DNA of 64,000 bases. It comes from Yuukianura sp. NJ FZ-2021. Its lineage: Eukaryota. The stretch spans positions 1 through 64,000 of the forward strand of contig JAJCTO010000014.1 of assembly GCA_046563655.1 (NCBI GenBank), given 5' to 3'. The first letter of the stretch is position 1; each line of letters starts with the position of its first letter. Shown here in pieces: positions 35,731 to 48,700 of the stretch. Below the pieces are notes generated by a model, which did no database searches, was not told the DNA's origin, and worked only from the letters and a program-made list of their open reading frames with translations. The position numbers were made by a program, and so were the translations under genes.

Positions 35731-38700
35731 AACTTCTGCTTTTTAGATGAAAAGTGTCACACTTCAAATTCAGAAGAAAACTGACTTTCTCCGGGTGAAA
35801 ACTTTTAGTTGAAGAAAACGAAAGGGGTGCAGAAGGCTTGTGTTACTGAAGCGAAATGAGAAGAACTGGAAACGTTCAAAATTTGAAAAGCTGGAGGTGA
35901 TTTTCAAAAAAACTGAATTTCGAAAAAGTAGAGCTGATGCTGAAGCCACCCTGCCTTCCCCCTTCGCCTGGCGTCAAAAGACTGACTTTCTCCTGGAGAA
36001 ATCCAAACCTAAAAAGTCTTTCCACTTCGGATCAGCACAAACGCCTCAATCACCCTCCACCCTCAAGCTACTAAAACTCAGCTACTCGTACAAACACCGA
36101 AAAAAATCAAATTAAAACATCTGAATATTAGTTTTTTCAAAATTTGATTCATTTACTAACCAACAGTAGGAAAATCAGTCCATATTCTGGCATTATACAT
36201 GTTACAAACATAACTTTTAAAAATATACTTTCTCTTTCGTCGTGGGAAATTTTTCTTGATTGGCCTGATTCGAGAAATTGGAAATCGGTTTTCATGCAAA
36301 AACGATTTCCGATTTGTAGTTGAGTTTCTTGTTTGTTTCTCGTGAGAACTTTTTCTTTGTTTTTGGAAAATTTTGAACTTTCTCTGCTTGTTACGTTATC
36401 AGTGTGTAGCGTTTTCCAAAATTTTCTCTAACTTTGTTAGGCTGACGTAATCTAATAGTGCCTCTTTGGTTTCAAACTGCAAAGTTCCGGACTTTCACTT
36501 TTTCATTGTTGTTGAAATTGGCAGTTTCGAGAAACTTTGTTTTTGACATGAACACAATGGGGTTGGAGAGTAATCAAAATGAAACCTCCGGGATTTGGAA
36601 CGAAAGCAACAGGTTTCAAAAACTGTGGAAAACTTTCATCTTTCGTTTTGAAATCCCGCTAAATTTTGAAATTTTCAAAACTCATAAAGCAGAATAATGC
36701 TAAGAAGAAGGTACAATATTGATTTTTTGTGACTTTGTCTCAAGTGGTTGAACAATTAGAGCTGGAAGGGCTTCCTTGAATTTAATCTTGAAGCGTAATT
36801 AGGACAGCAAAGCAGACGGAAGTAAATTGCTCCACAAACGAGCTTGATTAAAAACGCTTCTAGGCACAAAACAACATTTTACCATCCTTCAAAACGTTAC
36901 AGCTAAAAACACAGTTTTCTTCAAGATTTTATTCACAAAAGTATGTTTTTCTTCAATTTCAAAAAGATTCCTCGAATCTCCGTTTTTGAAGAACACGCTA
37001 TGTGGTTTCTACACCAAAAAGAGCTCAAATCCAATTTGAGTTGGTTAGATCTTTTTGAAATATTCACAAAGTCAACAATTTTTTTGGTTGTGAGAAATGG
37101 AAATGCAAAGTGCGTGGGTGAAAGATTTTGAGTTGACCGGACTAAAAATACCAACTTTTTCGAACATCTTATGACAAAAAATATCCGCTTATTTTGGAAA
37201 TATTTTATTCAAAAGCTGTAAGTAATTCCCAATTTACTGTTTGACACAAACTCGGATTTTCTGCTTCAAATCAAACCTGTTTTCCGCTCCACCGGATTTG
37301 ACGTTTTTTTTTCTAAAAAAGGAAACAAAAGTGAAAGCAAAACTTTCTCCTGCCTCATGTTTTTCTGATGAGACTGGAGTTGTGTTCTGACAAAAACTTT
37401 TGGACCATCCTGCACTCTTTAGTTAGCTTCCCTGTCCACTGCCTTGAAAATCGTCTTTGGACTTGAGAGTGGAGTCCCTTGGGACTTGGATCTTCTGGAA
37501 TGGTCGTGGTGAAAGTCTTTTCTAAGGAAGTAAGCAACAAGAAAGTGAAGAGGACAATAATGGCCTGTCGAAAACGAAATGGGAATTTTGTCTCTGGACA
37601 AATCCGGAATAGAGGAACAAGATGTTTCTGACGCAAAAAAAAATTTCACGAGAGCAGCTAGTGGAGAAAGTTTGTTTCATTCAAAGAAAACATTTCTATT
37701 CAACAGGTTTCATTTTACAATTTCAAAACTCTCGGGTAGCACAACAGATGAACCTAAAAACCGAAAAACACGACAGGAGAAAGGAAGAGATCACAAAAAA
37801 TTCATTCTACGCACAAAGAAAGCCAAATTTCACTTTCCCCGACTTTCACTCGAATTACGGAAATTTCTTTGCACCAGAATGGATTAGAGAATTTCAAAAA
37901 AAGAAAAAAAACTTTCATACCACACACAAATCAGAAGAATCAAAACATCCTCTTTTTAATGACAAAAAAACTTTCTCTTTTTGAATTTGCACGAATGAAT
38001 GAAGTTCTTTTTTAAATTGTAGGTGCCCATTACCCTATTAGAACGGAAAGTTCATTAAATTCTATTTTTAGTTACTTTGCTCATTTTTAGTTACTTTGTA
38101 CTTTGTTCATTTTTTTGGAAAAGTTGATTTTTATGTAACTTTGTCATGTTATATGTAGGTTTATTGAAAGTTAAGCTAAATTGTTTTGTGCTTGAGAGAT
38201 GATTAAGGTGAGTGATGGTGAAAGTGGAAAGTGATTGATGAGTGAAGTTGAAATTAAGCAAAGTTAAATTGAGTTTGAGTCACTTTGGACACGATTGCTT
38301 TCCGTTTCTGGGTGAAAGTGACACTGATAGGGTAGTAATTGGTGAGCTAGAGAAAGCATCTGGAAAAGTAGACTTGATGTTTGCTCATTACTTCAAAATT
38401 GGTCAAACCTTCACCTGGCACGATTTTGGTCTTGAGTAAACACTTAGAACACGAGTTACGCAATCAGCAACAAGTTGCAACTTGCAAATTTCGATTTTTA
38501 GAGGGAGTAACTATTCGTACATAAGTGGAGGGAGTAACAATCCATGAGGAGCGAGTAACTATTTATGCACAGGCAAACAACGTACAACATTTCGCTAAAA
38601 TTTTACTTTTAGATGTAAATTCCTCAGTAGGTTTTAATTCGGAATTAAATTTGAGAGTATAGGATGATACCTACTTAAATACATAAAATTTCGAAATTTT

Positions 38701-38741
38701 AATTTTTTTTATTAATTTTTAATTAACGATTTTCTAACTAA

Positions 38742-39806
38742 CTAACTCTTTTCTAAGAAATTAATTGTGTTGTTGTACTCGAACCAGAGGAGATGCGGAA
38801 TGTGTGTGGTATCTCGGATGAGTAAGAATTTCATAGTAGACCTGAAATTTTACCAACAGATTCACAGTTCAGTTATTTTTGGCCACCAAAATTAGACACT
38901 TCATTGTCATAATTCAAAATTTTGAAAACCCAAAACCAAATTTCAAAACTTCAAGTATCTCAGACTAGTATAATTGATAGTCTATTGTCTAAGAAAGCTC
39001 ACCAGGAAACAACAGTCGGAAACCAGGGAGTGAGCATGAAATGCGTAATTGCAAACCACGAGAGGCCTATGACGCAACCGATACTTCCGCCTACGACGAC
39101 TTGTGTCACCGTATGATAACACAGGTAGATGCGACCGTACGACACTAGTCCAGCAGCAGTCACCAGTATCAAGGCCAGGCCAATGTGCTCAACTGAACTT
39201 CCTTCTGGAACTCTTGTCAAAAAAAACAACACAATTGGCTCAATTATTTTTTGGAAAAACTTTCGTTTCCTTTTTCCTGTCTGGAAGCTCATGATTAGTT
39301 CAAATTTGAGGTCATGCGCCTCACCTCGTGACTTTTCGAGAGGTCAAGGTCACCTGAAAAACAGGACGAGCGTTCCGAAGGTAGCAAAGTAGCACAAGTG
39401 CTGGGCATGAGAACTTGGCATACCGTAGTTTCCGAATTGCCTCCGGCCACGGACTGGGCGTGGTTGTCTCAAGATGCGTTTGAGCAGTTGATTCACGGGG
39501 AAATTTAAGATGAAACCAAAGTAGAAGCATAAGGTCAACAGGTCACGTCGAAAGACACAAACTGCAATGAATCCACAATGGAGTGCCATGGGAGCTAGGC
39601 TGGACAGGGCATAAAACAGCCCCAGCAAGTCCCCTTTTTAAATATAAAATTCATGAGACACATTCAAAGTAATGACAAGCCATTTTTAAAACAATTTTTC
39701 AAAAAAGTGAGTTTTAGAACTAACCTTTTGGGTATTCTACTAAACTGGCCGTGAGTGGAACCCATGACACTTCGTTTTTCTTGGCTAACGAGTATTCCGT
39801 GTCCAT
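38742..39806 (-). CDS. DOLPP1: Dolichyldiphosphatase 1 (PAP2 family)
   Basis: Motifs WVPLTASLVEYPKGD, LKRILRQPRP, YGMPSSHAQ, SYGRIYLCYHT and LIRDTTHIPHLLWFEY are present across multiple exons. Confidence 0.93.
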
Positions 39807-40263
39807 CTTCCTTACAATCTTCTCCTAAACTACTAAAATTCTGGATTCCCAAATGATTTCAGTTGTTGCAAAAAAAATTGCACATTGGATTTACCTGGCC
39901 AAATTACGCCAAATAGCGATTAAAAGAAAAAATAGCGAGAGGTTAGGTGGGAAGAAAGTACAAAGTTTTTTGCACAAAATTTTCCGCCCTTGACGCCTTC
40001 TTCTACACATGAGAAAAAATTTGGAGCTGTTTTTGCACAATGACGAATCTTTCTTGATTTGCAAAGAAAATGTGCGAAAATCACTTGAAAACTAAAGCGA
40101 AGCAACTTTAATTAATTTACCTAATTAGTATACGATTTTCTGGAAGATTAGTCAAATCATGGGAAAGTCAAGGTCAAAGGTCACAAATTCCCGCGAGAAA
40201 CAAAAGAAACTTTCTCATAAAGCTTCTAACAATATTTGCGAAATTTTTGCAAATCTTGCGAAA

Positions 40264-41208
40264 TTAATCGTCTTTGTCCTGCAGCTCTTCCTGTTGCTCT
40301 TGCTCGTCCTTGGCTCTCCTTCGGCTGAGGTAAATGTTCCAGCCTACCGAAACGAGATTGGTCACCAGTACGCGGTACTGCACAAAATGCAAACAGCAAG
40401 ATTAGCAAACAGCGATTATTAGCAAATAAGTGTTAATTACAAATTTGCTAACTAAGCAAGTTGTATGTTTGGACTTACCTGGAGTGGAATCAAATTGAGG
40501 TTAATTAGCTGAACAGGGATCCATACCTTCCAGCTCATCTTGAGTGCTGACCAGTACAGTTTCTTGATTTGGTCCACTGCGTCGGAGTGACTCCTGCCCT
40601 ATTCAAAAATTAGCAACATTCACACTGCAAACTTTGTCTAAAACCCATAGTACATAGAAGCCTAAAAGACATGGCACAAACTCTGTTTAAAAATTACGAA
40701 AATACTGTCATTTTCATAAAAAAGCAAACTTTTCATGGAAATTTTGTCCAAATATCAGCTCACTTCGAGTCTTGGAAGCAAGTAGAACAGTAGCAGGAGA
40801 AAAATTGGACCGAATCCGAATCGGTCTATGATGACCTTGAGAATTGGATTGGTCGGTCCATGTCGTGCCAACCAGTTCAGGAAAAAGTGAACCAACGGTC
40901 CAGACACACCTAGGCCAAACACGCCAAAGGCAAAAATGCTACGCAAGTTCACCTCTGACCCATCAGGCTTCGCTCCAACTTTCTGGGCAGCAAAACTTCC
41001 AAAAGCTCCGATCAAACCGCTAGAACAAAAAGTTTCGAAAATAGTTCCAAAGTTCAAAAAAAGTTTCTGAAAAACTTCTTTATGGAAAATTTTACCTTGT
41101 AACAGATTTGACAAGAACGGGTCGTCGAGCCAAGAGGTCAACGTACCCTTGACCTAGCCTGATTATGACCTCGAGTGGAAGTGACCTCTGTTTACTCACT
41201 GTCGTCAT
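40264..41208 (-). CDS. PXMP2: Peroxisomal membrane protein 2 (Mpv17/PMP22 family)
   Basis: Motifs YVDLLARRPVLVKSVTSG, RSIFAFGVFG...GPLVHFF, KVIIDRFGFGP, LKMSWKVWIPVQLINLNLIPLQ and YRVLVTNLV. Four exons. Confidence 0.88.
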
Positions 41209-42753
41209 TTTTGGAAAGAATCTAAACTTCTAAAATTTTCAAAAACAAAAATTGTTCATAGAACTTAAATTTGATACACCTTGGTCGTCTGAAATTGAAA
41301 TGACGTATGTTTTTGTTATTTATCAACTTTGAGAACGAAAGGTCAAGAGGTCAACACAAAACAAACATTCAAAACTCGCACCACAAAATTTGAGTTTTGG
41401 ACAACAAAATTGTGCATGACACTTTTTATTTTAGCACCACTTAAACCTAACATCCTCCAAAAAAACAAACTTGCTTTTACAATTTTGGTTTACTTTTCGG
41501 AATCAATTTTTCTAGAGTAAGCTCCTGTCCTGTTCCTACTTAAACTAATTAGATTTAACTAATTACAATTAACTAATTAACTAATGATTATAAAGCTCCT
41601 AACTGCTCTTATTGTATATGTTGTCCCTGGTATTATTGAAAGGGTCAAGGGTCATCATTCAAGTTGAGAGAGGCAGTTTGTTTGGTTAGCATTCAAAGGA
41701 TTTATGGACATTTTGTATAATATAAATTATTTAATTAATTAACTAATTTTATTAACTAATATTAGTAGTTCTTTTGTATAAGAGAGAAATTCAAAAATTT
41801 TAAGGCACAAAAGTTAGGCCAAACAAATCAGTTTGAATTTAAAGTGAAATTTGGCCAAAATTTCTGGAAATTGTTCAACAATCCAAAACTTTTTTTTCAG
41901 TATTGTCGTCATATTTTGAAGAATTTAAAATTATTTTTTTACAAAGAGAATTTGAAACATTTTTTAGAAAAGTATTTTTTACAAGTCTAATTTCTAAAAA
42001 GCAGTTTGTTTTCCCATTTTGTTCTAAAAATCTAAAAACTGTTGTATTTTGTTCTCATTATTGTCAATTCCAGCAATAAAGTTAGAATCTAACTCTTTTT
42101 TGAAATTTAAAAAAGAACTTTTTCAAAACACAATTTTTAAAACAATAAATTCAAAAAATGGCAGCAATTGTTCAAGCTTCTAAGTTTTTTTTAAACTCAT
42201 GTCGACTTGTTGAGGTAATGAAAAAATGAGTAAAGATTATTTAGTGTTGATGAGTTTAAAGCAGAAGGATTATGTGTTGAGGTAATAATACTAATCCTTA
42301 AGCACACGGGTTTTGATTAACCTAATTCAAAGTTAGCCTAATTCAGGTTAACCTTGTTAGGTTTAGGTTAAGGGTTAACCTAGTTCTAGCTCATAGCTCT
42401 ACAATTTTGATTTTTAGAAGACTAGCACTGGAGGCAGTAGAATTTTTACATGGTTAGACAAGTGTTAACTGAGAAATAATTAAAGTTAAAGTTAAATTTA
42501 GGTTAACAATGTACAAGGTTATTGTTTTTGGCACGAGGAAGTGACACGGGGAAGAATGACCTCACTTGACCTTTGACCTTTCAAAGGTCAAGCAGCCCAT
42601 TTTTCACTTTGTTTCGACTTAACTTTTTAGTATTTAGAACACTTTAGAGTTTTCTTAATCTTAAAAATCCAGGATAAAAATAGCCTTAGCTTAACTTTTT
42701 AGTTAACTTTAACTAACTTTTAGTTAACTTTAATTAACTTTTAATTAACTTTT

Positions 42754-45700
42754 TTAATTGTGCCTCCCTTCCATATGGAAGTCAGCATCTTCTGGGTATC
42801 CATACTCCTCACTACTGTAGTAATACTCCGTCACATTCGTTATCACCTTCGTAGTTTTAATTGTTTTATTCCCCTCTCGCTCAATCTTCTCTTCTCTTTT
42901 TTGGTTCACAATTAGGTCGTGGCCGTCAGCACTCCTGAAATTTTGAAAAAGTTTTTAAAAAACAAAGAAAGTATTTTTAAAGTTGACATTTCGAAAAAGG
43001 TCAAGCAGCTAACGACAACGCAAAAAGCAGCAGCAGGTTCCAGTTTGTGCTGAAGAGTTTTTGCCACAACTAAATTCGTAAGAGGCCAAAAGAAAGTTTC
43101 TAGACATCAAACTACGAAAAATCTAAAAAGAAGAGCTACACATTTATAGAAGTGACCTCGGCGGAGGTCAGGAGGTCACGAGAGGTCAAGTAATTGCAAG
43201 TATCGACAATTACTTTCACAAGAAGTTGAAATTTTGAAAAAAAAAACATTGAACAATAATCGGTGACAGGAACATAGGTACTTATGACACCTCTGCTTAC
43301 CATCAGTAGAATTTCTGTCAAAACCCAAAGTAGATCAGCGTCAGATGACATGGGACAAATACAAATTGAAATTTTTTAGAATTTTTTTTTCAAATTCGAA
43401 AAAAAAAAGCTTTTCAAATTTTTTCAATTTTTTCAAAAAAAAATACTTTATGTTTATAAATGACATTTTATCCGCATGTTGGTTTGTTTTAACTAACATT
43501 TAGTCCAACGATTTTAAAATTGCAAAAATAAAAAAAATGAAACCAGCGAAAAAGCCTAACAAAGTCTAAAAATCTACCTTTTTTGGATTAATTTTCGAAA
43601 TTTTTGGGCAAAGAACAGGATGGATTGCTGTGGTTTTTAGTGTAGTAAGGCAGAGTCTGGAGTGTTAGAGTCTTTTTAGTTATTAGGTTGTGCCAGGGCA
43701 GTTAGTTGGTTAGGTGTTAATGAGTTTTTGAATTTTAGTGGCGTTGATTGGGATTGAAGCGATTAGAAGGACCTGGACTAAGGGCCAAGGGACCCCGCCC
43801 CTTCGCTTTGAGTAGCCTGAGTCAGTCTCATAGTCATAAAAGGACGTCAGGTAGGCACGGTACCACCAAGTTCTTAAGTTTTAAGTTCCGAGCAGCATAG
43901 GTTGAAAAACATTGGTTAAGAAGTTGTTAGTATAACCATCAACCCCAATTTTAGTTTCGAAAATTTTGAAAAAATGTTGGACTTACTTTTGGCACGGTCC
44001 CGTATTGACGGCTGAAATGGCCTCTTGGTTCAAATTGAGCGGAGTTGGACCTTGGATTCTAACGGAGTGGACACACCCAATGAATCCGTCGCTGAAACGA
44101 CCATGCGTCATGCCGCGGACATTCGGAGCTCCGCCCACAAAAATATTGCCGGGCGTGTTGAGCATTTGAACGGTACCGGCACTCGTCGCGGCGTCAATTT
44201 CTCCATCCACTTCCACACTTCCTTCGACTCCATTTCGACGCAAAATGATCTGAGAGTTAAAAAAATCAAACCGGTGAAATTCTCGGTAGATCAAACCGGT
44301 AAAACCTTAGTATTTCTGTTTCGTCTTACCGTGTGTCTCTCTCCATCGTCCACAGCTTTCTCACTGTAGGCGCTGCTTTCTCCATCACCCAAATCCCAAG
44401 CAAATTCAACTTTTCCATCCACGAGTCCCACCGAAATGAAGTCACTGACAATTCCGTCTTCATGAGGTCGTTGACCTTGCCAAAACAAAAGACCGTGCTT
44501 GCTAGTAGTGGAAATTTCAATTTGGATGAACTCTTCAGCTTCGGGGTCATAGTGTGGAAACAGGCCACCACGCAGTTCTAAGTAGCCTTCGCCACGGAAT
44601 GCCAGCGATTCGTCAAACGTCAGGGCTAAAAACAGTTAAAATTCGAAAACTGAACCTCGAGTTCAAAATCAAAATTTGAAATTTTCAAAATTTCTGACCA
44701 TCTTGGCAAGTTCTTCCATGAAATCCTTTGGGACATGAACACTTAAAAGAATCTCCTATGTTATGACAACTTCCGCCGTTCTGACAGGGTTGGCTACTAC
44801 ATCGGTCAACTGTGTCACAAGTTCAAAAATCAATTAGTTAAACTTACGAAAACTGCAATTTCCTCAACAAAATTCAAGTAAAAAAAAATTCAAAAAATTT
44901 TCAAATAAAAAAAAGTTGATTTTACCGCGTTCAATTTCACAGTTTCGGCCAGTAAACTCCGGTGGACAGGAGCAACTGTATGCTGTTGTATTGCCAGTAC
45001 AAAATCCACGGTTTTGACAAGGGTTACTGGCGCACCGTGGAATATTTTCGGCACTTCCACACTGGCCGACATTGGCGCTATCCAACTTCGATCGAATCAA
45101 ATCCAAAGGCATTCCTTCAACGTCCAGCTTCAGATTTGATGAAAACAAAAAGTTAATTTCAAAATTTCGAATTTTTTCAAAGTTTTGATATTTTGACATA
45201 CCTTGGACACACAACCCTTGAATCCTTGAGTGACCTTGACATGCGAGTTGACCTGGATTCGTGACCGGTCAAACCCTCCAAGGTACAGCGGAGTATTCAA
45301 GTTGAGTCCTCTAGTGTTTCCTTGTGAGCGTCCCTTGACAGCCTCTTCGCCTTCAAAAGTAAGGGCTCCATCTTGTCCATCTCGTTCCATCGTCACTTCC
45401 GTCCACTCTCCAATGGTAACAGATCGACTGAAAAACATAAAAGTTAGAAGATTTGGCGCCAAAATTTGGATTTAGAGGTGCCAGATCTTACCGACTTCGG
45501 ATGACTGCCGGACCTGACCCAGTGTCGTACTGAAATTCGAGGTGACTGTCCCTCAGACTCAGGGCGGCAAAGTCACCGTCTCCGTTGTAACTCTGTGAAC
45601 TGTAAACGACAAGTCCATCTTCTGTGCTCTCCGGTTTCATGCGCACGCTCATCTTCAATCGCTTCAGGGCTTTTGGTGTTGGATAGGACATGAACGAGTT

Positions 45701-48700
45701 GCCCCGAAACGCTGGCTCACTGATCTCCACATCTTCGTCACACCGTTGTCCCGATTTTCCAAAGGGACATTGACATTCGTAGCCCGAGGGGCTGTTGATA
45801 CACTTTCCAGGGCCACAGACGTCTGGACGACAAGCTTCCACTGGAATCTGGCATTCCAGGCCACTAAATCCGGGGTTACAGATACCTGAGGGCAAAGGTC
45901 AACAAATTTCAGCACTTTCCAAAAAACACAAAAAACTTTCAAAAACAGTTTTATGTTTTCAAAAATAACTTACACTTGTATCCACGACTGGTCAGTCCTT
46001 CTTGACAGATTCCACCGTTGAGACAAGACACGACTGCGCATGTGTCACAAGTCGAAACTCCACGACTCGTTTGCGATTCCCTGAAAAGTTGTTTCTTCTC
46101 TCCAGAAATGATCAGTTCACTTATACATCCGACGAATCCTTTCGTAAATCCTGCTGCCCGATTGTTATGTCCAAAGTTCGGTACGCCACCGACATACAGC
46201 GGTTCAATCAAATCCAGTCCTTCAAATGTCCCTCTCAGTTGACCCATGAATGGCCCTTGTCCATTTACAGTCATTGACACACGCACTTTGTCTCTCGTTA
46301 ATGTCACGGTTGACCATTTGCCCATTTCAACTGCCCTGTCACCCTTGACCGTCACTGGGCCATTCCCAATGTCCATTTTGAACAGTGGCACACCACTGGC
46401 TAGGCCAAAGGAAAAGAAGTCTCCAGTTCCGTCTTTGCGTTGTCCATTGTACAAAAGGAGGCCGTTCTTGTCTTCTGGTTTGAAACTAATGGTGATGTCC
46501 ATGTCATGGTAGGAAGAAAGTGTTGGCAAGGTCATGTATGATGCTGGAGCTTGAGTAAAGTAAGGAACGACGCCAGTGACGGTGAGGACCGTGGGAATAT
46601 CGACGGTTCCAGCGGCGTTGGCGGCGGTGCAGACGTAGATTCCGGAATCTTGGTCATTCAGATCGGGAATTGTGAGTGTAGGGCCCTCCATTGTGCTTCG
46701 GTCAGGTACTAAACCACCTTCCTTTGACCAAGTGTAACTTGTTGGATTGTCCAAATCAGTTGAACAGTCCATTCTTTTCCAAATTTTGAATTTAGAACAA
46801 CATTTTCAAAAATTTTACTTCAATACTTTCAGAAAAAAAATTACCTCACGGTCGATCCAAACGGAACCATCCGTGTTTCCAGTCGTTGCATGTTGGCAGG
46901 GTTTGCTGAAATTCAAACCAAATTTCAAATTTTAGTTCAAAAATTTCAAAAAATTAAGATTTTGTTAGAAAAGTTTTAGATTTTGTTTTAAAATTCAATT
47001 CAGCCCAAGAATAAAACCAAGTTAGATAGCATTGGTAAAGCCTGTCTACTACTTAAAACTTGCCGTAACCAGAAGATTGGAACTTTAATGAACTGTGAAG
47101 AACTTTTTTTGAAAACGGAAAATTTTGAACGGTTTTTTAAAAAACTGTTTGAACAACCTTGCATAGTCAAGGCATAGTCGTCTTCGTAGATTCCGCTTTT
47201 CGTCGTGGCTACGCATCTGTACACGCCCATGTTGTCTGGCATGGCAGACGTTATGGACAAAACGTTTTCGCGGATTTTGACGTTACTGCCCATGGCTCCG
47301 CCCACTTTGTGCCACCGAATGTATGGATTGGAGTCTCCAGCGACATCGCAGCGCACGTCAACGTCTTCTCCAGCACTAACAAGATCCTTGTTCGCCGTTA
47401 CACGAACTGTAACGGGATCCAGCGCTGCAAAATTTGAATTTTTAAAATTAGTTCCCGAAAACTACTCTAATTTCCTGCTTTCGCTACTTTAGCTTCCTTC
47501 CCAAAAGCAATTGTTCTAAAACTAACATTTTTCAAATATTACCAAGTTTTGTTTTAAAAAAGCTGTTTGAACAAAAAAGTAAAACCACACCACGCCTGCG
47601 TGCAGTGCCCAGTATTAAGTAAAGCCAAGTGTATTTGGTTATGTTACCCAGCGCTCCAGCAGCGTTACGCTGTTGCCTCTCGAGGTGTCTGCTGCGTCTG
47701 GTGAACACTGGATCGTCGCAGTGTCTCTCGTCACTTCCGTCGATACAGTCGTATTCCCCGTCACACAGTTGACTCATTGGAATCAATTGGCCACCGCGTT
47801 GGCATGACCACTTCTCTTCTTCCTCACGGCGGTCAGCGTCATGAGGACGGGCTAAAGGTCAAGGGTTAACACACGGTAAAACTAAACCAAAAACACCCCA
47901 GCATGCAATAGAAACCTGGTTGAAGGGGGTTAGAAACTAGAAAATTTTGAAATTTTCAAAAATTTTCAATTCTGGAATGTCGAACATGCAATTTTTTAAA
48001 CCTGAAGTTCTATCATGCCCACACTTCTTTGGAAAACCTAAAACTAGGAAAAGTGCTTTTTTGAAAAAAGTGATGATTAAAAACAGGGGTGATGAAAAGC
48101 AACAAAAGTTAGAAAAGTTACCCAGCGATGTTTTTGGTGAAAGTGTCCCAAGAGGATTGAAAACTTTTTTTTTTCTAAAATCTTTCAAAATTTTGAAAAT
48201 CTTACCTTGAACAGACAACTCAATTTCGTCATAGCCTTGGTCCGATTCACAACTGTATCGTCCAGCGTCATTGGCCGAAAGCGACATCAGTGTTAGGCTT
48301 GGTCCAAGCGGAATTGCTGTTCTCGGTACCGGTCCATTGTCTTTGCTCCAAATTATGCCTGGTCCATCTAGACGACAGAGCAATTCTATTGGTTGACCTG
48401 CAGTACCGGTTTGAGACCGAGTTCGTGCCGGTCGTGGTGTTCGGCTCAAAACGTTTGACCCCTGTTGACCTCCACCGGCATTCACAATGACTTCAGCTAC
48501 AGCTTCAGTTGTGCCTCCCGCGTTGGTTGCTGTACAAGCATATCTTCCTGCGTCGTGTACTTCGATTGGACGGAACTGAAAGTGAAATTTTGAAAACTTA
48601 AATTTTGAAATATTTTTTAAAAAGTTTAAATACTTTGGATTTCGAAGACATATACAACTTCCGGTTTGGAATTTCTTTCACCGGGTTAGAAAAAATTAAA

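Noticed and set aside
10332..39806. OST48 and DOLPP1 as an N-glycosylation gene cluster
   Set aside because: They are about 27 kb apart with unrelated genes between, so chance linkage is sufficient.
42335..42385. TTAGG-like runs (also 62140-62245) suggesting interstitial telomeric repeats
   Set aside because: They are degenerate, with no run of perfect tandem TTAGG units, and fit local TTAA/TTAG low complexity.
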